From the NCBI GenBank assembly GCA_963753345.1, contig CAVWBU010000047.1, positions 96,001 through 160,000 on the forward strand: DNA of 64,000 bases, read 5' to 3'. Shown here piece after piece: positions 40,580-50,702 of this stretch. Source of the stretch: an uncultured Fibrobacterota bacterium. Its GTDB lineage: Bacteria > Fibrobacterota > Chitinivibrionia > Chitinivibrionales > FEN-1185. The notes under the pieces are model-generated. The model ran no database searches, was not told the DNA's origin, and saw only the letters and a list, made by a program, of their open reading frames with translations. The position numbers and the translations under genes are program-made. Position 1 is the stretch's first letter, and each line of letters opens with the position of its first letter.

Positions 40580-42025
40580 ATGCGTAGATTTTTTTATGGT
40601 ACTCTTGTCGGTCTCTGCGGAATTCTTTTCATCGCTCCACAAATCATTCATGCCCAGTCGTGCCCTTCGTTCACTCATAAAACGACAATCACCGGTATTC
40701 GCGATTCGCTGCCCGACGGGTGGTTTGTTTTTGGATTGAGCGGTCAAACCGGGCTTAATTATTGTAAAACCAGATCAGGAACGCCGACAGTTATTAATAA
40801 TACGAATACCGATTCGATATCCGATGTGGATATATCCGATGATGGACTGTGGATCTTGTATTTGAATAAGCAGTCTACCGCATATTTGATAAAACCCGAC
40901 GGCACCGGCAAGACGCCGGTATCGTTGGGGAGTGGAATTACTTATGCGCAATTCCATCACCATTATTCCCCCACTGAAATTGTGTATATCGCCGATCAGG
41001 GTCGTGTTTACAGGGTTGGTTACCATTTTGGTGCTTCAGGAAATGCAATTTTCGACAGCATGAAGGTTATTGTTGATTTTCGAACCGATACGACAAAAGC
41101 CGGCACGGACTTAAGTGCGGTGATGGTGAATTACAGCCAGTTCTCGATTTGTAAAAACGAATTTGTGTGCACGTTAGAGTTACCAATACCCCCCGATACA
41201 ATGAATCCTCCTCTCGGGGATCCTCCTCTCGGCAGCGATGATCGAACCAGCTATGTCACCATCCCGAACCAGGGCGCAGGGATTGCGCGGGGTAAAAATA
41301 TTTACAAATACCTCACTACGGATTCTTCTGCTTGGTATGGATGCGGGATTACTGTTTCGAATGATGGTGCGCGGGTCTTGGCCAATTCAAATGCTTTTGG
41401 CGGAACTTCCGGGTGTGTCCCAAATCAGCTGCTTAATCCTCCCATGGATCATAAGGGATTTTACGTAACATGTTTCATGTACGACACGATGCCCTCGATG
41501 CCGCGCGATTCGGTTGTTCTGAGCACGAACTATGGCATCAGTATCAACTGGTGCCCGACGCAATATAGAATCGGAACATACCGGCAACTAGGGTTTACCG
41601 CGTGGTCATTCTCGAATAATAACGACTGGGTCATCGGCGAGCAGGAAGGCACCAATACGCCCCTCAAGGGTGTGTGGATTGTCAATATTCCGACCAATAC
41701 ATGGACCCTGGCATATACGGCATCGAGTACTGTCCTGGCTCCCGCAATGTTTCTGCCTGAGACGACGACAAGCGTCGAACAGGGGATGCGGACTTCGCAT
41801 TTTTCGGACGTTCCATTACGATCGAATGTCATAAGAGTCCCGGGCGTGTCCTCGCATATCACGCTGGAACCATCAGTATACCGCTGCGACCTTTATTCGC
41901 TCTCAGGCAAACATTTGTGGAGCTATTTGCGTGCTGACGCAAGTAAACGTTCAAGTGTGGAGATTCCGCGCTTTTTACAAACAAATAATGCGGTCGTTGT
42001 TGACTATATCACAAAGGCCCGATGA
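40580..42025 (+). CDS. Secreted TolB-like propeller hypothetical protein with degenerate CTD
   Basis: Signal ..IIHA-Q; DISDDGLWILY, YLIKPDGTG; tail CDLYSLSGKHLW. Confidence 0.7.
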   Translation: MRRFFYGTLVGLCGILFIAPQIIHAQSCPSFTHKTTITGIRDSLPDGWFVFGLSGQTGLNYCKTRSGTPTVINNTNTDSISDVDISDDGLWILYLNKQSTAYLIKPDGTGKTPVSLGSGITYAQFHHHYSPTEIVYIADQGRVYRVGYHFGASGNAIFDSMKVIVDFRTDTTKAGTDLSAVMVNYSQFSICKNEFVCTLELPIPPDTMNPPLGDPPLGSDDRTSYVTIPNQGAGIARGKNIYKYLTTDSSAWYGCGITVSNDGARVLANSNAFGGTSGCVPNQLLNPPMDHKGFYVTCFMYDTMPSMPRDSVVLSTNYGISINWCPTQYRIGTYRQLGFTAWSFSNNNDWVIGEQEGTNTPLKGVWIVNIPTNTWTLAYTASSTVLAPAMFLPETTTSVEQGMRTSHFSDVPLRSNVIRVPGVSSHITLEPSVYRCDLYSLSGKHLWSYLRADASKRSSVEIPRFLQTNNAVVVDYITKAR

Positions 42026-42107
42026 ATGTTGGCGCGGGGATTGCGCGCGTTGAGGCATTCATCAAACAGTGCGAACTGAAAACATTTAACAGAAAAAGGT
42101 TGGATCA

Positions 42108-42791
42108 TTGAAAAAAACAACAATCTTCTGGGTCGTGCTGGCGGGGCTTTTGGCGCAATTTTTCTGCTCTCCTACCTCGACACAGAATCCTCCCGGCAGA
42201 GTCGCGTCCATCAGCGTGAGCGATTCTATGACCTTGCCGTTTCCGTCTTTAACCTTTTCCGCCTCGCCCGGAGCTCAATCTTATGTCATCGAGCGTCGTT
42301 GTATTTCCGACAGCGGTTACGATTCTATAGGTTCCGCGACCAATACCGGTTATATCGATTTCGATACCAGTTTACTTCCGGAAACGACTTATTTTTATAA
42401 GGTAAAGGCGCGGAATTCCGGCGGCGAGAGTGCATTTTCCGACGCAGTATCGGTGCTTACCCCGAAGTATATGATTTTTTCGCCCCGGCAGGGGGATGTG
42501 TTTAAAATCAACGATACTATGCGTGTATTGATAAAAACCGCAGATGCTTCCGCAGTAGGCGGAATAGAGTTTTACGAAGGATTGAATGACTTTTCTCCGC
42601 CAGGTATTGCGGGGACTTTCCACATGTATCCGTCACAGGTTTTGAAGTTTGCTGTTCCGGCAACTTTTTTTCCCTTCGGTTCCACCGTCCCGATATCGAC
42701 AGTATCCGATTCCTGTTATATTCTCATATTTGATTATGCCACGTTAGATACGTATGCATATTCTTATGGATATTTTCAAGTCACTAATTAG
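42108..42791 (+). CDS. Fibronectin type III domain lipoprotein
   Basis: Hydrophobic N-terminus plus Cys; GAQSYVIER...LLPETTYFYKVKARNSGGESAFS. Confidence 0.8.
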   Translation: MKKTTIFWVVLAGLLAQFFCSPTSTQNPPGRVASISVSDSMTLPFPSLTFSASPGAQSYVIERRCISDSGYDSIGSATNTGYIDFDTSLLPETTYFYKVKARNSGGESAFSDAVSVLTPKYMIFSPRQGDVFKINDTMRVLIKTADASAVGGIEFYEGLNDFSPPGIAGTFHMYPSQVLKFAVPATFFPFGSTVPISTVSDSCYILIFDYATLDTYAYSYGYFQVTN

Positions 42792-42839
42792 CGCAGCTGC
42801 AGGGTTCTTAATAAACATGTGATCCAGGAACGATTCTAA

Positions 42840-44393
42840 ATGCCTGTATATTTCAAGCGTCTGCAACAAACAATCGTAACAACTGCTCTTTTTGTCGCCA
42901 CCGTTTCCGTACCTCAATGCTGGGCCCTTAATGCCCAGATCACTTCATCGGTTCAGAATATCACCGCCTTTCTCGGCACCGTAAACGCCAAACTGGTATT
43001 CAGGAATTTCGATCCCAACGATAGTTACCTTTATTTTATCGATTTTTCCGTTGCTGCTCCCACCATAACGAAAATGAACAATACCTTTGAAGCCATCGCG
43101 CCGGTGATTTCACCCGATGGGCAGTACGTGGTTTTCGAACGGGGCGGTCTCAATGACATGACCAGCGCGAATCCATGTTCGTCATTCGTTTGCAGTCTGA
43201 GCGCCAATGCCCAGCCGGTACTCGTTGAAGCAGCAACAGCATACACACCCCGTTTTATATACAATGCATCGGTCCCAACCATCATTTATGCGACCTGCGG
43301 ATGGAACCCCAATGACCACGTAACCGGAGGTTCGGACGTGTGGAACGGATGCGGAAAGGTGGCAAAGCGCACGTGGCAGAACCTGGTTGTGGGCCCGGAG
43401 CAGGACGTGTACACAGGCGGCAGTTACATGGGCGGACTTTCGTACGACGGCAATTATCTGGCCACGGCGAATGAATCCCCGAATTGTTTCATGCTTGATC
43501 TGCGCAATCCAGCGAACGGCCCTGCAAGGATTTACCGTTTGAATTGTCTATCGACAACCGGAGGAGCGGATACCACCATAGATATTCAGACCTGCAATCC
43601 GTCTATTTCGTCAAGCAGGATATTCACCTCTTGCATGATGTTTCTCGATTTCGGGTTTTATAAACCCGGGTATACAACCACGTTAGGTTCATATTGGGAA
43701 ATGCACGACCGCATTTTCATTTGCGACATTCAGAATAGGGTGGTGAAATATTTTGACGTGAACGATCTGCCATTCGCGGTCAAAGGTACCTCGGCGAATC
43801 CCGGAGAAATTCTTAATACGCAATATGATAATCCTGAGTGGTCGAATCATCCCTATTATGCCGCCGCCAACATTTATGTCGATCGCATTTTCAAACCTGC
43901 AACGACATGGGTGCATACGCAGAATCATGAGGCGATATACCTTATCGACGCAAAGGATTCCACCTATCTTCACATAGTCCAATCCGGCGATACGACCGCA
44001 TCGACATCAAAAACGGATTTGCGATGGCCATGGCTGTGGATCAATGTCCCTGCGGATTTTGAAACAACCGAGGATCCGACCTGGCTCAATCCGCATGCTC
44101 CCGTTGTCACGCCTCTTCGATACCGCGCTGTCGGCGGCAATGAAATATATCTGCGAGATGGAATCGTAACATCCGTGTCCCCGATAACATCATTGACAAT
44201 TCATAATCTGCTCGGGCGGATCATTGCTCGCGTTGAGGTGAACAATAAACATGCCATTTCGTTGTCCGCATCGTGGTTCCCGAAATCCGGCATTTATTTT
44301 ATCCATGTCCGTGCTGCGGATCATGCCGCGCGGATTTTCAAGGTTACCTGTTTGACGTCAGCCGAAAGTGGACAGAGTAATAGTGTAAGATAG
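42840..44393 (+). CDS. Secreted protein with TIGR02171-like (Fibrobacter paralogous family) propeller domain and CTD
   Basis: PVISPDGQYVVF, YMGGLSYDG, QTCNPSIS, MFLDFG, HDRIFICD, PEWSN recall the TIGR02171 central domain; tail IHNLLGRII..KSGIYFI. Confidence 0.68.
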   Translation: MPVYFKRLQQTIVTTALFVATVSVPQCWALNAQITSSVQNITAFLGTVNAKLVFRNFDPNDSYLYFIDFSVAAPTITKMNNTFEAIAPVISPDGQYVVFERGGLNDMTSANPCSSFVCSLSANAQPVLVEAATAYTPRFIYNASVPTIIYATCGWNPNDHVTGGSDVWNGCGKVAKRTWQNLVVGPEQDVYTGGSYMGGLSYDGNYLATANESPNCFMLDLRNPANGPARIYRLNCLSTTGGADTTIDIQTCNPSISSSRIFTSCMMFLDFGFYKPGYTTTLGSYWEMHDRIFICDIQNRVVKYFDVNDLPFAVKGTSANPGEILNTQYDNPEWSNHPYYAAANIYVDRIFKPATTWVHTQNHEAIYLIDAKDSTYLHIVQSGDTTASTSKTDLRWPWLWINVPADFETTEDPTWLNPHAPVVTPLRYRAVGGNEIYLRDGIVTSVSPITSLTIHNLLGRIIARVEVNNKHAISLSASWFPKSGIYFIHVRAADHAARIFKVTCLTSAESGQSNSVR

Positions 44394-44440
44394 CAGATGG
44401 TTTAATTTGGGGAGTAAAGAACCACGGCCAGAGCCGGAAA

Positions 44441-45490
44441 TCAGCGGCCCGCCGCAATACGGCCGGCAAGTGTGCCGAATGCACCGCGAACAGTGGCGCA
44501 ATACACGCCCGGGGCAAGGCCTATTGTCGTGAACGAGAACGATTTCGCAACACCTGTCGAATGCAGCACGCGCGCACCGGTTACGGAAAAGAGTTCAAGC
44601 GAGTATGTCTGGCTGGAGGGCAAGGTGACCGAGACCGCAGTCCCTGCGATCGTAAACGCGGAATGTGCCTTGGGGGACTGCGATACCGGCGCCCCGGCCG
44701 CCACATTCGGGTCCCAGTGGTAGACACGCAGGTAGTCGACGATAAGGCTTTCCGGGAAAATGGTGGTGTTGTCACTGTTGCCATCGAAATTTCCGCCAAC
44801 GGCAAGGTTAAAAATAAACCAGAATTCCTTGTCAAATGGCAGACTCGGGTCGCTGGTCCTCGGAAGAGTCCCGAAATTCACGCTGTCGCAAAACCAGCGT
44901 ATCGAATCGGTGTTCCATTCCGCGGCATAGACGTGAAAACTGTCGTGAACGTTCCCCTTGGGCAATGTGTACTGGTTGAACACGTCGAAACCGGGAAAGT
45001 GGTACGACCCGGAGGTCCAGTTCGGCAGCCGTCCCCTTCCTTCCATTATATCAAGTTCTCCGCATGCCGGCCATCCAACCGAACTGAAATTGGAGCCGAG
45101 CATCCAGAACGCGGGCCACATTCCCTGGGTGATGGGAAGGCGCATGCGCGCCTCCATGCGTCCGTACACGAAGTTCCTTTTGTTCTGCGTATTAAGGCGG
45201 CCGGAGGTGATCCCGCCGTCGTTCTTTGCAACGATGATCAAACAGCCGTTCTTGACGAATATATTGGAATTTGTCTGATCGTGTCCGGTTGTGTAATGTT
45301 CCTGTTCGCCATTGTCCGGATTGTTTGAAGGGTCCACCGACCAGTTGCTCTCGTTGAGCGCGGTGCTGTCGAATTCATCTGACCAGAACAATGTCCACCC
45401 GCCGGCAGCTGAAGCATTTGTCAAGAACAGAAACACCAACGCCGGCAGGGCCGTTGCAAAAGCTTTTCTCAAACCACTTGTTCCAAACAT
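44441..45490 (-). CDS. Glycoside hydrolase family 16 (laminarinase-like) with CTD
   Basis: WSDEF, YGRMEAR, GMWPAFWMLG, WPACGELDIME (ExDxxE), FHVYAAEW, NLAVGG, VDYLRVY. Confidence 0.93.
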   Translation of the reverse strand: MFGTSGLRKAFATALPALVFLFLTNASAAGGWTLFWSDEFDSTALNESNWSVDPSNNPDNGEQEHYTTGHDQTNSNIFVKNGCLIIVAKNDGGITSGRLNTQNKRNFVYGRMEARMRLPITQGMWPAFWMLGSNFSSVGWPACGELDIMEGRGRLPNWTSGSYHFPGFDVFNQYTLPKGNVHDSFHVYAAEWNTDSIRWFCDSVNFGTLPRTSDPSLPFDKEFWFIFNLAVGGNFDGNSDNTTIFPESLIVDYLRVYHWDPNVAAGAPVSQSPKAHSAFTIAGTAVSVTLPSSQTYSLELFSVTGARVLHSTGVAKSFSFTTIGLAPGVYCATVRGAFGTLAGRIAAGR

Positions 45491-45668
45491 GACGCCGCCC
45501 ACCTTATCCCCCGGGTTGACATTGAGCGCTTAAATGCCGGCACAATTCGCCACACGCCTACATTTGATTGGTCCGACGAAATCGTTTCACCGGTTAAATA
45601 TACCCGAAAAGAAGCTAGAATGGGAACTATTTCCATCACACAAAACAGAAAAGTGTCTCCCTATTTGT

Positions 45669-45698
45669 TTGACATGACTTATCAATGAGCGGTATATT
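45669..45698 (+). promoter_or_regulatory. Putative sigma70 promoter
   Basis: TTGACA-18 nt-TATATT. Confidence 0.5.
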
Positions 45699-45871
45699 CC
45701 TAGCAAGACTGTTTACGCGGTGCGGAGACGTAAAAAAGGTGATGGATGATATTTGGATTTTGCTTCGGCGGACAAATGGCGCACTTGTCAAGAGCTATTG
45801 TCCGTCCGCTCAAACCCTCGGAATAAGGTAATTTACCTGTCGAATTGTTGGCACCAGAAAAAGGAGCGTGT

Positions 45872-47359
45872 ATGCATTTTATCGCTCAGAGTAAACACTA
45901 CCGCACGAAAAGGGCAGAAGGTACTAAAAACATCATTGGTGATACTCATTCCGGTTTTTTCCCTTTTGCAGCCTTTATTATGGCAGCTGCAATCTTCTTT
46001 CCCATTGAAATCAGGGCGCAGATGACGTTTGGGGCCAACTTTTGGAACATAGGCTGGGGTTCGGCTGCCGGCGGCGCCGGTCCAGAGTACAATTATTTTA
46101 CGACAAATGTGAATTGGGCCACCACAACCAATCCCTGGAATCCGACGTTCATCTCAGAGCTTGAGCAGGCAAAAGTTCACTGCCTTCGATTTATGGACTG
46201 GGGTTGCACAAACAGCAGCCTGGTTACCCTGTGGAGCCAGCGAATATCAAAAACGGCCAATCATTACCTTTCCGGAAACACCCAACCACAGACAGCCGGA
46301 ACCGGCTATGGCGTCGCATACGAATGGATGATTGATCTCTGCAATCGGGTAAACGCCGACATGTGGGTCTGCGTTCCGCATCAGACCGACACGAATTATT
46401 CCTATCAACTGGCTACGTTGATCAAGAACAATCTGAATTCCAATCTAAAGGTGTATATCGAATATTCGAATGAATGCTGGAACGACGGCTTTGCACAGGC
46501 CGGTTGGCTGGATGCACAGAGGAATATCAACGGTCTCGCCAATCCATTAAAATGGCAGGGGCAAACTGTCTATGGTTTTGGGAGCGGCGGTGATTGCCGA
46601 TGGTCTGAGTACGTATACTTTGTCTGCAGGACCATGAATCAATTCAACCGGGTTTTCGGAACAAACAGCCCGCGGGTTGTCAAAGTCATGAGCGGACAGG
46701 CCGGCTGGGGGCTTGGCAGCGGCATGAATCAGATGTGCCAATACCATATGGCTTGTCTTCAAACCTCGATTTGCAATCCGTGGGGGGTTACCATAGACGC
46801 TTATGCAATTGCGCCGTACTGGAACGCCAGCGATCATACCCCTGCGGGCACCGAAGCATCGATGCGGGCCAGTCTTGCCGATTGCGTGACAGAATTGACG
46901 GACACCCGGAGTGCATTGACAGGTTCGGGTATTCCGCTGGTCTGCTATGAAGGCGGACCGGATAATTACAGCACGCAGAGCATAGCGAACGATTCTTTCC
47001 AGTATCAGCTCACTATTGATGCTTTAACCGCGATGGCACTTCTTGTCCAGGGCACATTCAACTACTACACGTTCAATGGCGGAGCAGTTTGGGGCCTTAA
47101 AGAGCAGGTGGGTGATGATCCCTCGATAGCGCCAAAATGGCGCGGCTATATGCAATGGCTTTCGACCGTTCAAGTGACCCAACCGATTCTTTATAAAATC
47201 GCGCCACTCGGGCACTTCGGAACCTCCACAATTTTCAATCTGCTTGGACAGCGAGTAAGAGCAGTCGGTTTCCGTGGAATTCTCCCTTACAGCAGACAGG
47301 GAATGTTCATAACGGTTCTGGATAATTCGCCAACCAAATCAATTTCCATAGCCCGGTGA
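45872..47359 (+). CDS. Secreted uncharacterised GH-A-like protein, paralog of 37030-38911
   Basis: LRFMDW, GVAYEWMIDLCNRVNADMWVCVPH, YIEYSNECWN, AIAPYW, CYEGG; tail IFNLLGQRV. Confidence 0.78.
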   Translation: MHFIAQSKHYRTKRAEGTKNIIGDTHSGFFPFAAFIMAAAIFFPIEIRAQMTFGANFWNIGWGSAAGGAGPEYNYFTTNVNWATTTNPWNPTFISELEQAKVHCLRFMDWGCTNSSLVTLWSQRISKTANHYLSGNTQPQTAGTGYGVAYEWMIDLCNRVNADMWVCVPHQTDTNYSYQLATLIKNNLNSNLKVYIEYSNECWNDGFAQAGWLDAQRNINGLANPLKWQGQTVYGFGSGGDCRWSEYVYFVCRTMNQFNRVFGTNSPRVVKVMSGQAGWGLGSGMNQMCQYHMACLQTSICNPWGVTIDAYAIAPYWNASDHTPAGTEASMRASLADCVTELTDTRSALTGSGIPLVCYEGGPDNYSTQSIANDSFQYQLTIDALTAMALLVQGTFNYYTFNGGAVWGLKEQVGDDPSIAPKWRGYMQWLSTVQVTQPILYKIAPLGHFGTSTIFNLLGQRVRAVGFRGILPYSRQGMFITVLDNSPTKSISIAR

Positions 47360-47613
47360 GATCCATGGATTGTCGAGATACGTCAAGTAACGCTGGAGAA
47401 CTTCCGGTTGCATGACATGCGCCCACAGCAGCGTGTCCGCATTAGTCAACAATTTGACCTCATCACCGTTCGTGGTAGAGCACTTCGACAAGCGCAATGC
47501 AGGCTCTTTGAACCATGAACGGCAAGATTTTTTCAACACCCTGCTTTCAGGTTTTCTGCCAGAAAACGCTTTCTTTCAAAGGGATTTACAAAGCCAGGGA
47601 GCAACAGTATATT

Positions 47614-48867
47614 ATGTTGGTGAGGCAGAAGTTCACAAAACTTGCCTCGAAGGGGATCTGCTTGTTTGGCAAACTAGTTATCATGTTGTTTCTTGCCTGT
47701 GCGACCATGGGGTTCGGTCAATGGACGCAGGTCGCCTCCGGTGTCCCCTCGACTGCTTATGTCTGGTGTCTTGCCGTGAAAGACAATATTGTTTTTGCCG
47801 GAACCGGACCGGGCGTTTTTCGTTCCACTAACAATGGTATAAGCTGGACTGCTGTTGATTCCGGCATCCCGACGGCTGTCTATTCTCTTGCCACAAGCGG
47901 CATCAGAATTTTTGCAGGGACTGGGGGCGCCGGCGTATTCCTTTCCACTGACAACGGAACAAGCTGGACTGCCGTTGATTCAGGGCTGCCAGCGAGAATT
48001 TCTGTCAAGTCTCTTGCCGTTACTAGTTTCGGCAACGTCTATGCCGGAACTTCCGGCGGCCTTTTTCAATCCCCAAATTTTGGCACCTCCTGGACTGCGG
48101 TTTCCGGATTCCCCACTGCTTCTATCCTCTCTCTTGCTGCGAGCGGCATTCATGACGTCTTTGTCGGAGTTGGAAACAATTTTCTTGTCTCCACAAATAG
48201 CGGTGCAAGCTGGAGCACTTCGGTCTCTTGGGGACCGCTTGTGGGTATTGGCGTTTTCTCTATCGCCGTGACCACTAGTGGCAGCGTCTTCGCCGGAACT
48301 GGTAGCGGTGTCTTTTTATCGACCACAGATCGCTCAACCTGGACTTCGGTCAATTCCGGCCTCACGGATACCAATGTCTTCTCACTTGCCGTGAGCAGCG
48401 GCAATCTCTTTGCCGGGACCTACAGTGGCAACGTTTTCCTTTCCACCAACAACGGCGCAAGCTGGACTGCGGTAGGCTCTGGCCTCCCGCTCAACGGAGA
48501 GATCTCGTGTCTTGCGGTGAGCGACAGCAATGTCTTTGCCGGGACGTACGGGAACGGCTTATGGCGCAGGCCGCTTTCAGAAATGATACCATCAACAAAT
48601 TATGATTTTCAAAACAAACAACCATCTGTCAACGGTCTCAGAATCAACCTCAACAAAACAATTGTCACCGCATCCATGCCTCTGTCTGATGGCCCAGTTA
48701 CTATTGGACTTTTTACTGTCGCTGGTAAAAGAATCTATTGCGCCACCCATCAGGCGCACGAGGGAATGCTGAATATTCCCGTATCAGGACTATCAACAGG
48801 CACGTATCTAATGTCAATTACAAGCAGGAACTCATCGCTGTCTTCGTCGTTTGTCATAACGAAATGA
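47614..48867 (+). CDS. BNR/Asp-box beta-propeller repeat protein with CTD (start uncertain)
   Basis: Repeats FAGT..GVFLSTNNG.SWTAV.SGL; tail LFTVAGKRI..LSTGTYLM. Confidence 0.85.
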   Translation: MLVRQKFTKLASKGICLFGKLVIMLFLACATMGFGQWTQVASGVPSTAYVWCLAVKDNIVFAGTGPGVFRSTNNGISWTAVDSGIPTAVYSLATSGIRIFAGTGGAGVFLSTDNGTSWTAVDSGLPARISVKSLAVTSFGNVYAGTSGGLFQSPNFGTSWTAVSGFPTASILSLAASGIHDVFVGVGNNFLVSTNSGASWSTSVSWGPLVGIGVFSIAVTTSGSVFAGTGSGVFLSTTDRSTWTSVNSGLTDTNVFSLAVSSGNLFAGTYSGNVFLSTNNGASWTAVGSGLPLNGEISCLAVSDSNVFAGTYGNGLWRRPLSEMIPSTNYDFQNKQPSVNGLRINLNKTIVTASMPLSDGPVTIGLFTVAGKRIYCATHQAHEGMLNIPVSGLSTGTYLMSITSRNSSLSSSFVITK

Positions 48868-48908
48868 TTCGGTAAAGATGCTCTAAAATCAATACTCATT
48901 GAAATCCA

Positions 48909-48937
48909 TTGACAATTAAGGCTTTCTGTTGTATATA
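48909..48937 (+). promoter_or_regulatory. Putative sigma70 promoter
   Basis: TTGACA-17 nt-TATATA upstream of 49000. Confidence 0.55.
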
Positions 48938-48999
48938 TATGGTAACCCTATACTGGTTTGGTTGATTACAGGGATTTCCTTTAGAAGGGGGCTGCTGAT

Positions 49000-50358
49000 A
49001 TGAAAAATTGCTTGTATAGTGCGCTTCTGCTGTGTTCCGCGGTTTTATTCGCTTATGGTGACCAAATCCTGACCGTCAATTATTCAACGGCCAACCAGCT
49101 TCTCCAGAATGGCGCGATAATCCATCCTGATGCGTCGAAGACCACCGACCCCATCCAGTGCTTCGACATGGGAACGACCGGTCTCATTGAAATTCCCAAC
49201 ATAGCGCTTCCGCAGGGACCCTTTTCCATTGAAAGTGAGTTTTATCTTCGCGGCTACAATGAAACCGATCCCGATATTTCGGGAGTTTTTGAGGGTTTCA
49301 ATTGCGATTATGGAAACACGGGGGCGGGAAACACGGAAGGGGTCGAATTCCGTGTTGGCGGCGGCTATAACTACCCTTTGAAAATTCAGGATGTGTACAA
49401 TAATGTCAGCGATTGGGTTCCGCCTGATGATTCCGCCAAGACTGCTCGCGCTGCTATTTCTCTGGCAATAGGAGAATTCGGCCTTGGCGTTGGCCAGCAT
49501 ATCTGGAAGGAGATCTATACCAATTCCTGCATTGAAACCAACACGTGGATGCACATGGTTGCGACGTGGGATGGGACAACGATGCTGGTATACCTCAACG
49601 GGCGCGACGCAACGGACAATTGGCGCACCACGGGCGCGCAATTGCCGGTGCTTATCGCGAATGTAAGGACGGTCTATGTTGGCGCGCAGGATGCTACGGC
49701 GGCGCGGCATGTGAACGGCAAAATCGGATTCGTGAATGTCTATAATGAAGTGCTTTCGCCTGGTGACGTATGGAACAAATTCCGGCAGTCTGCTGGAGGA
49801 AACATATGCGCCCGCTTCATAGAGATTGAATCGCCTCGGTGCGGTGAGGTCATTTCGCCCGACACAAAAATAAAATTTTCCGTTAGAGACAGTTTAGGCA
49901 ACGATGTGACGCCGTCCGGCAAGTCCTATTCGGTTCATATTTGCCGGGAGCCGACGTTTTCAGATCCTTCAGCCAAAACCTATCAGACCGCCGTAACCGC
50001 GTGCGGCTTGAAAGATCTGGTTGGAGCGGATACCATAAATTTAAGTGGCCTTTTCTATTTCCGTATAACAGATGGCCCTGCCTCCGCTTTGAGCAAAAGG
50101 GCCGACGATGCTCCGGTTGCGCAGAGTGGAACATTACCCGCCTATCTCATAAGTTCCTCAACAAAAATCGCTCCCCATGCAGGTTTGGTCCATAAGGGAA
50201 CAGCCAACATCGGCCAGCTGGCCAATCAGGTTATTTATGATATCCGGGGCCGCACCATGGGAATCGGATCAAAAGTGCCGTTGTCAACCCTGCAAAACGG
50301 GATTTATTTTGTCAAGACGGGTGCCATGGCCGGTCAAAAAATATTATTTGTGAAATAA
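49000..50358 (+). CDS. LamG/concanavalin A-like domain secreted protein with CTD
   Basis: NTWMHMVATWDGTTMLVYLNG, NGKIGFVNVYNEVLS; tail IYDIRGR..NGIYFVK. Confidence 0.82.
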   Translation: MKNCLYSALLLCSAVLFAYGDQILTVNYSTANQLLQNGAIIHPDASKTTDPIQCFDMGTTGLIEIPNIALPQGPFSIESEFYLRGYNETDPDISGVFEGFNCDYGNTGAGNTEGVEFRVGGGYNYPLKIQDVYNNVSDWVPPDDSAKTARAAISLAIGEFGLGVGQHIWKEIYTNSCIETNTWMHMVATWDGTTMLVYLNGRDATDNWRTTGAQLPVLIANVRTVYVGAQDATAARHVNGKIGFVNVYNEVLSPGDVWNKFRQSAGGNICARFIEIESPRCGEVISPDTKIKFSVRDSLGNDVTPSGKSYSVHICREPTFSDPSAKTYQTAVTACGLKDLVGADTINLSGLFYFRITDGPASALSKRADDAPVAQSGTLPAYLISSSTKIAPHAGLVHKGTANIGQLANQVIYDIRGRTMGIGSKVPLSTLQNGIYFVKTGAMAGQKILFVK

Positions 50359-50382
50359 TGCCTTGTTGCGGATATCGTAAGG

Positions 50383-50419
50383 AAAAAGGGCCGACGTTGG
50401 CGCGTCGGCCCTTTTCTTT
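50383..50419 (+). terminator. Intrinsic terminator
   Basis: AAAAGGGCCGACG-TTGGCG-CGTCGGCCCTTTTCTTT. Confidence 0.85.
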
Positions 50420-50435
50420 CGGGAATTTTCCCCTA

Positions 50436-50588
50436 GGTGTAACCCCCGAAATCAAAGAAAAGCGCGTAAGCGCTTTGGCGTAACATTGTGCACCCGATAT
50501 CCCTGACGCCCATAGGGCGTGGTCTGTTTTTGAGAAAACGCCGAAGGCTTTTCTCTACTGCTTGTTCACGCTGCACAAAATCAAGAAA
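50436..50588 (+). repeat. Dispersed structured repeat family C, copy 2
   Basis: Near-identical to 20251-20393 with an 11-nt insertion CGATATCCCTG. Confidence 0.9.
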
Positions 50589-50702
50589 CGCCCACCCGAC
50601 CTTGCGCGAATATGCGGTTTTGACTTTGGCCCGCGGTGAAAGTATATTATAATGGAACTTTACAAATGGTAGAATTACTGCGGTTTCGGCAAGGAGGACC
50701 GT

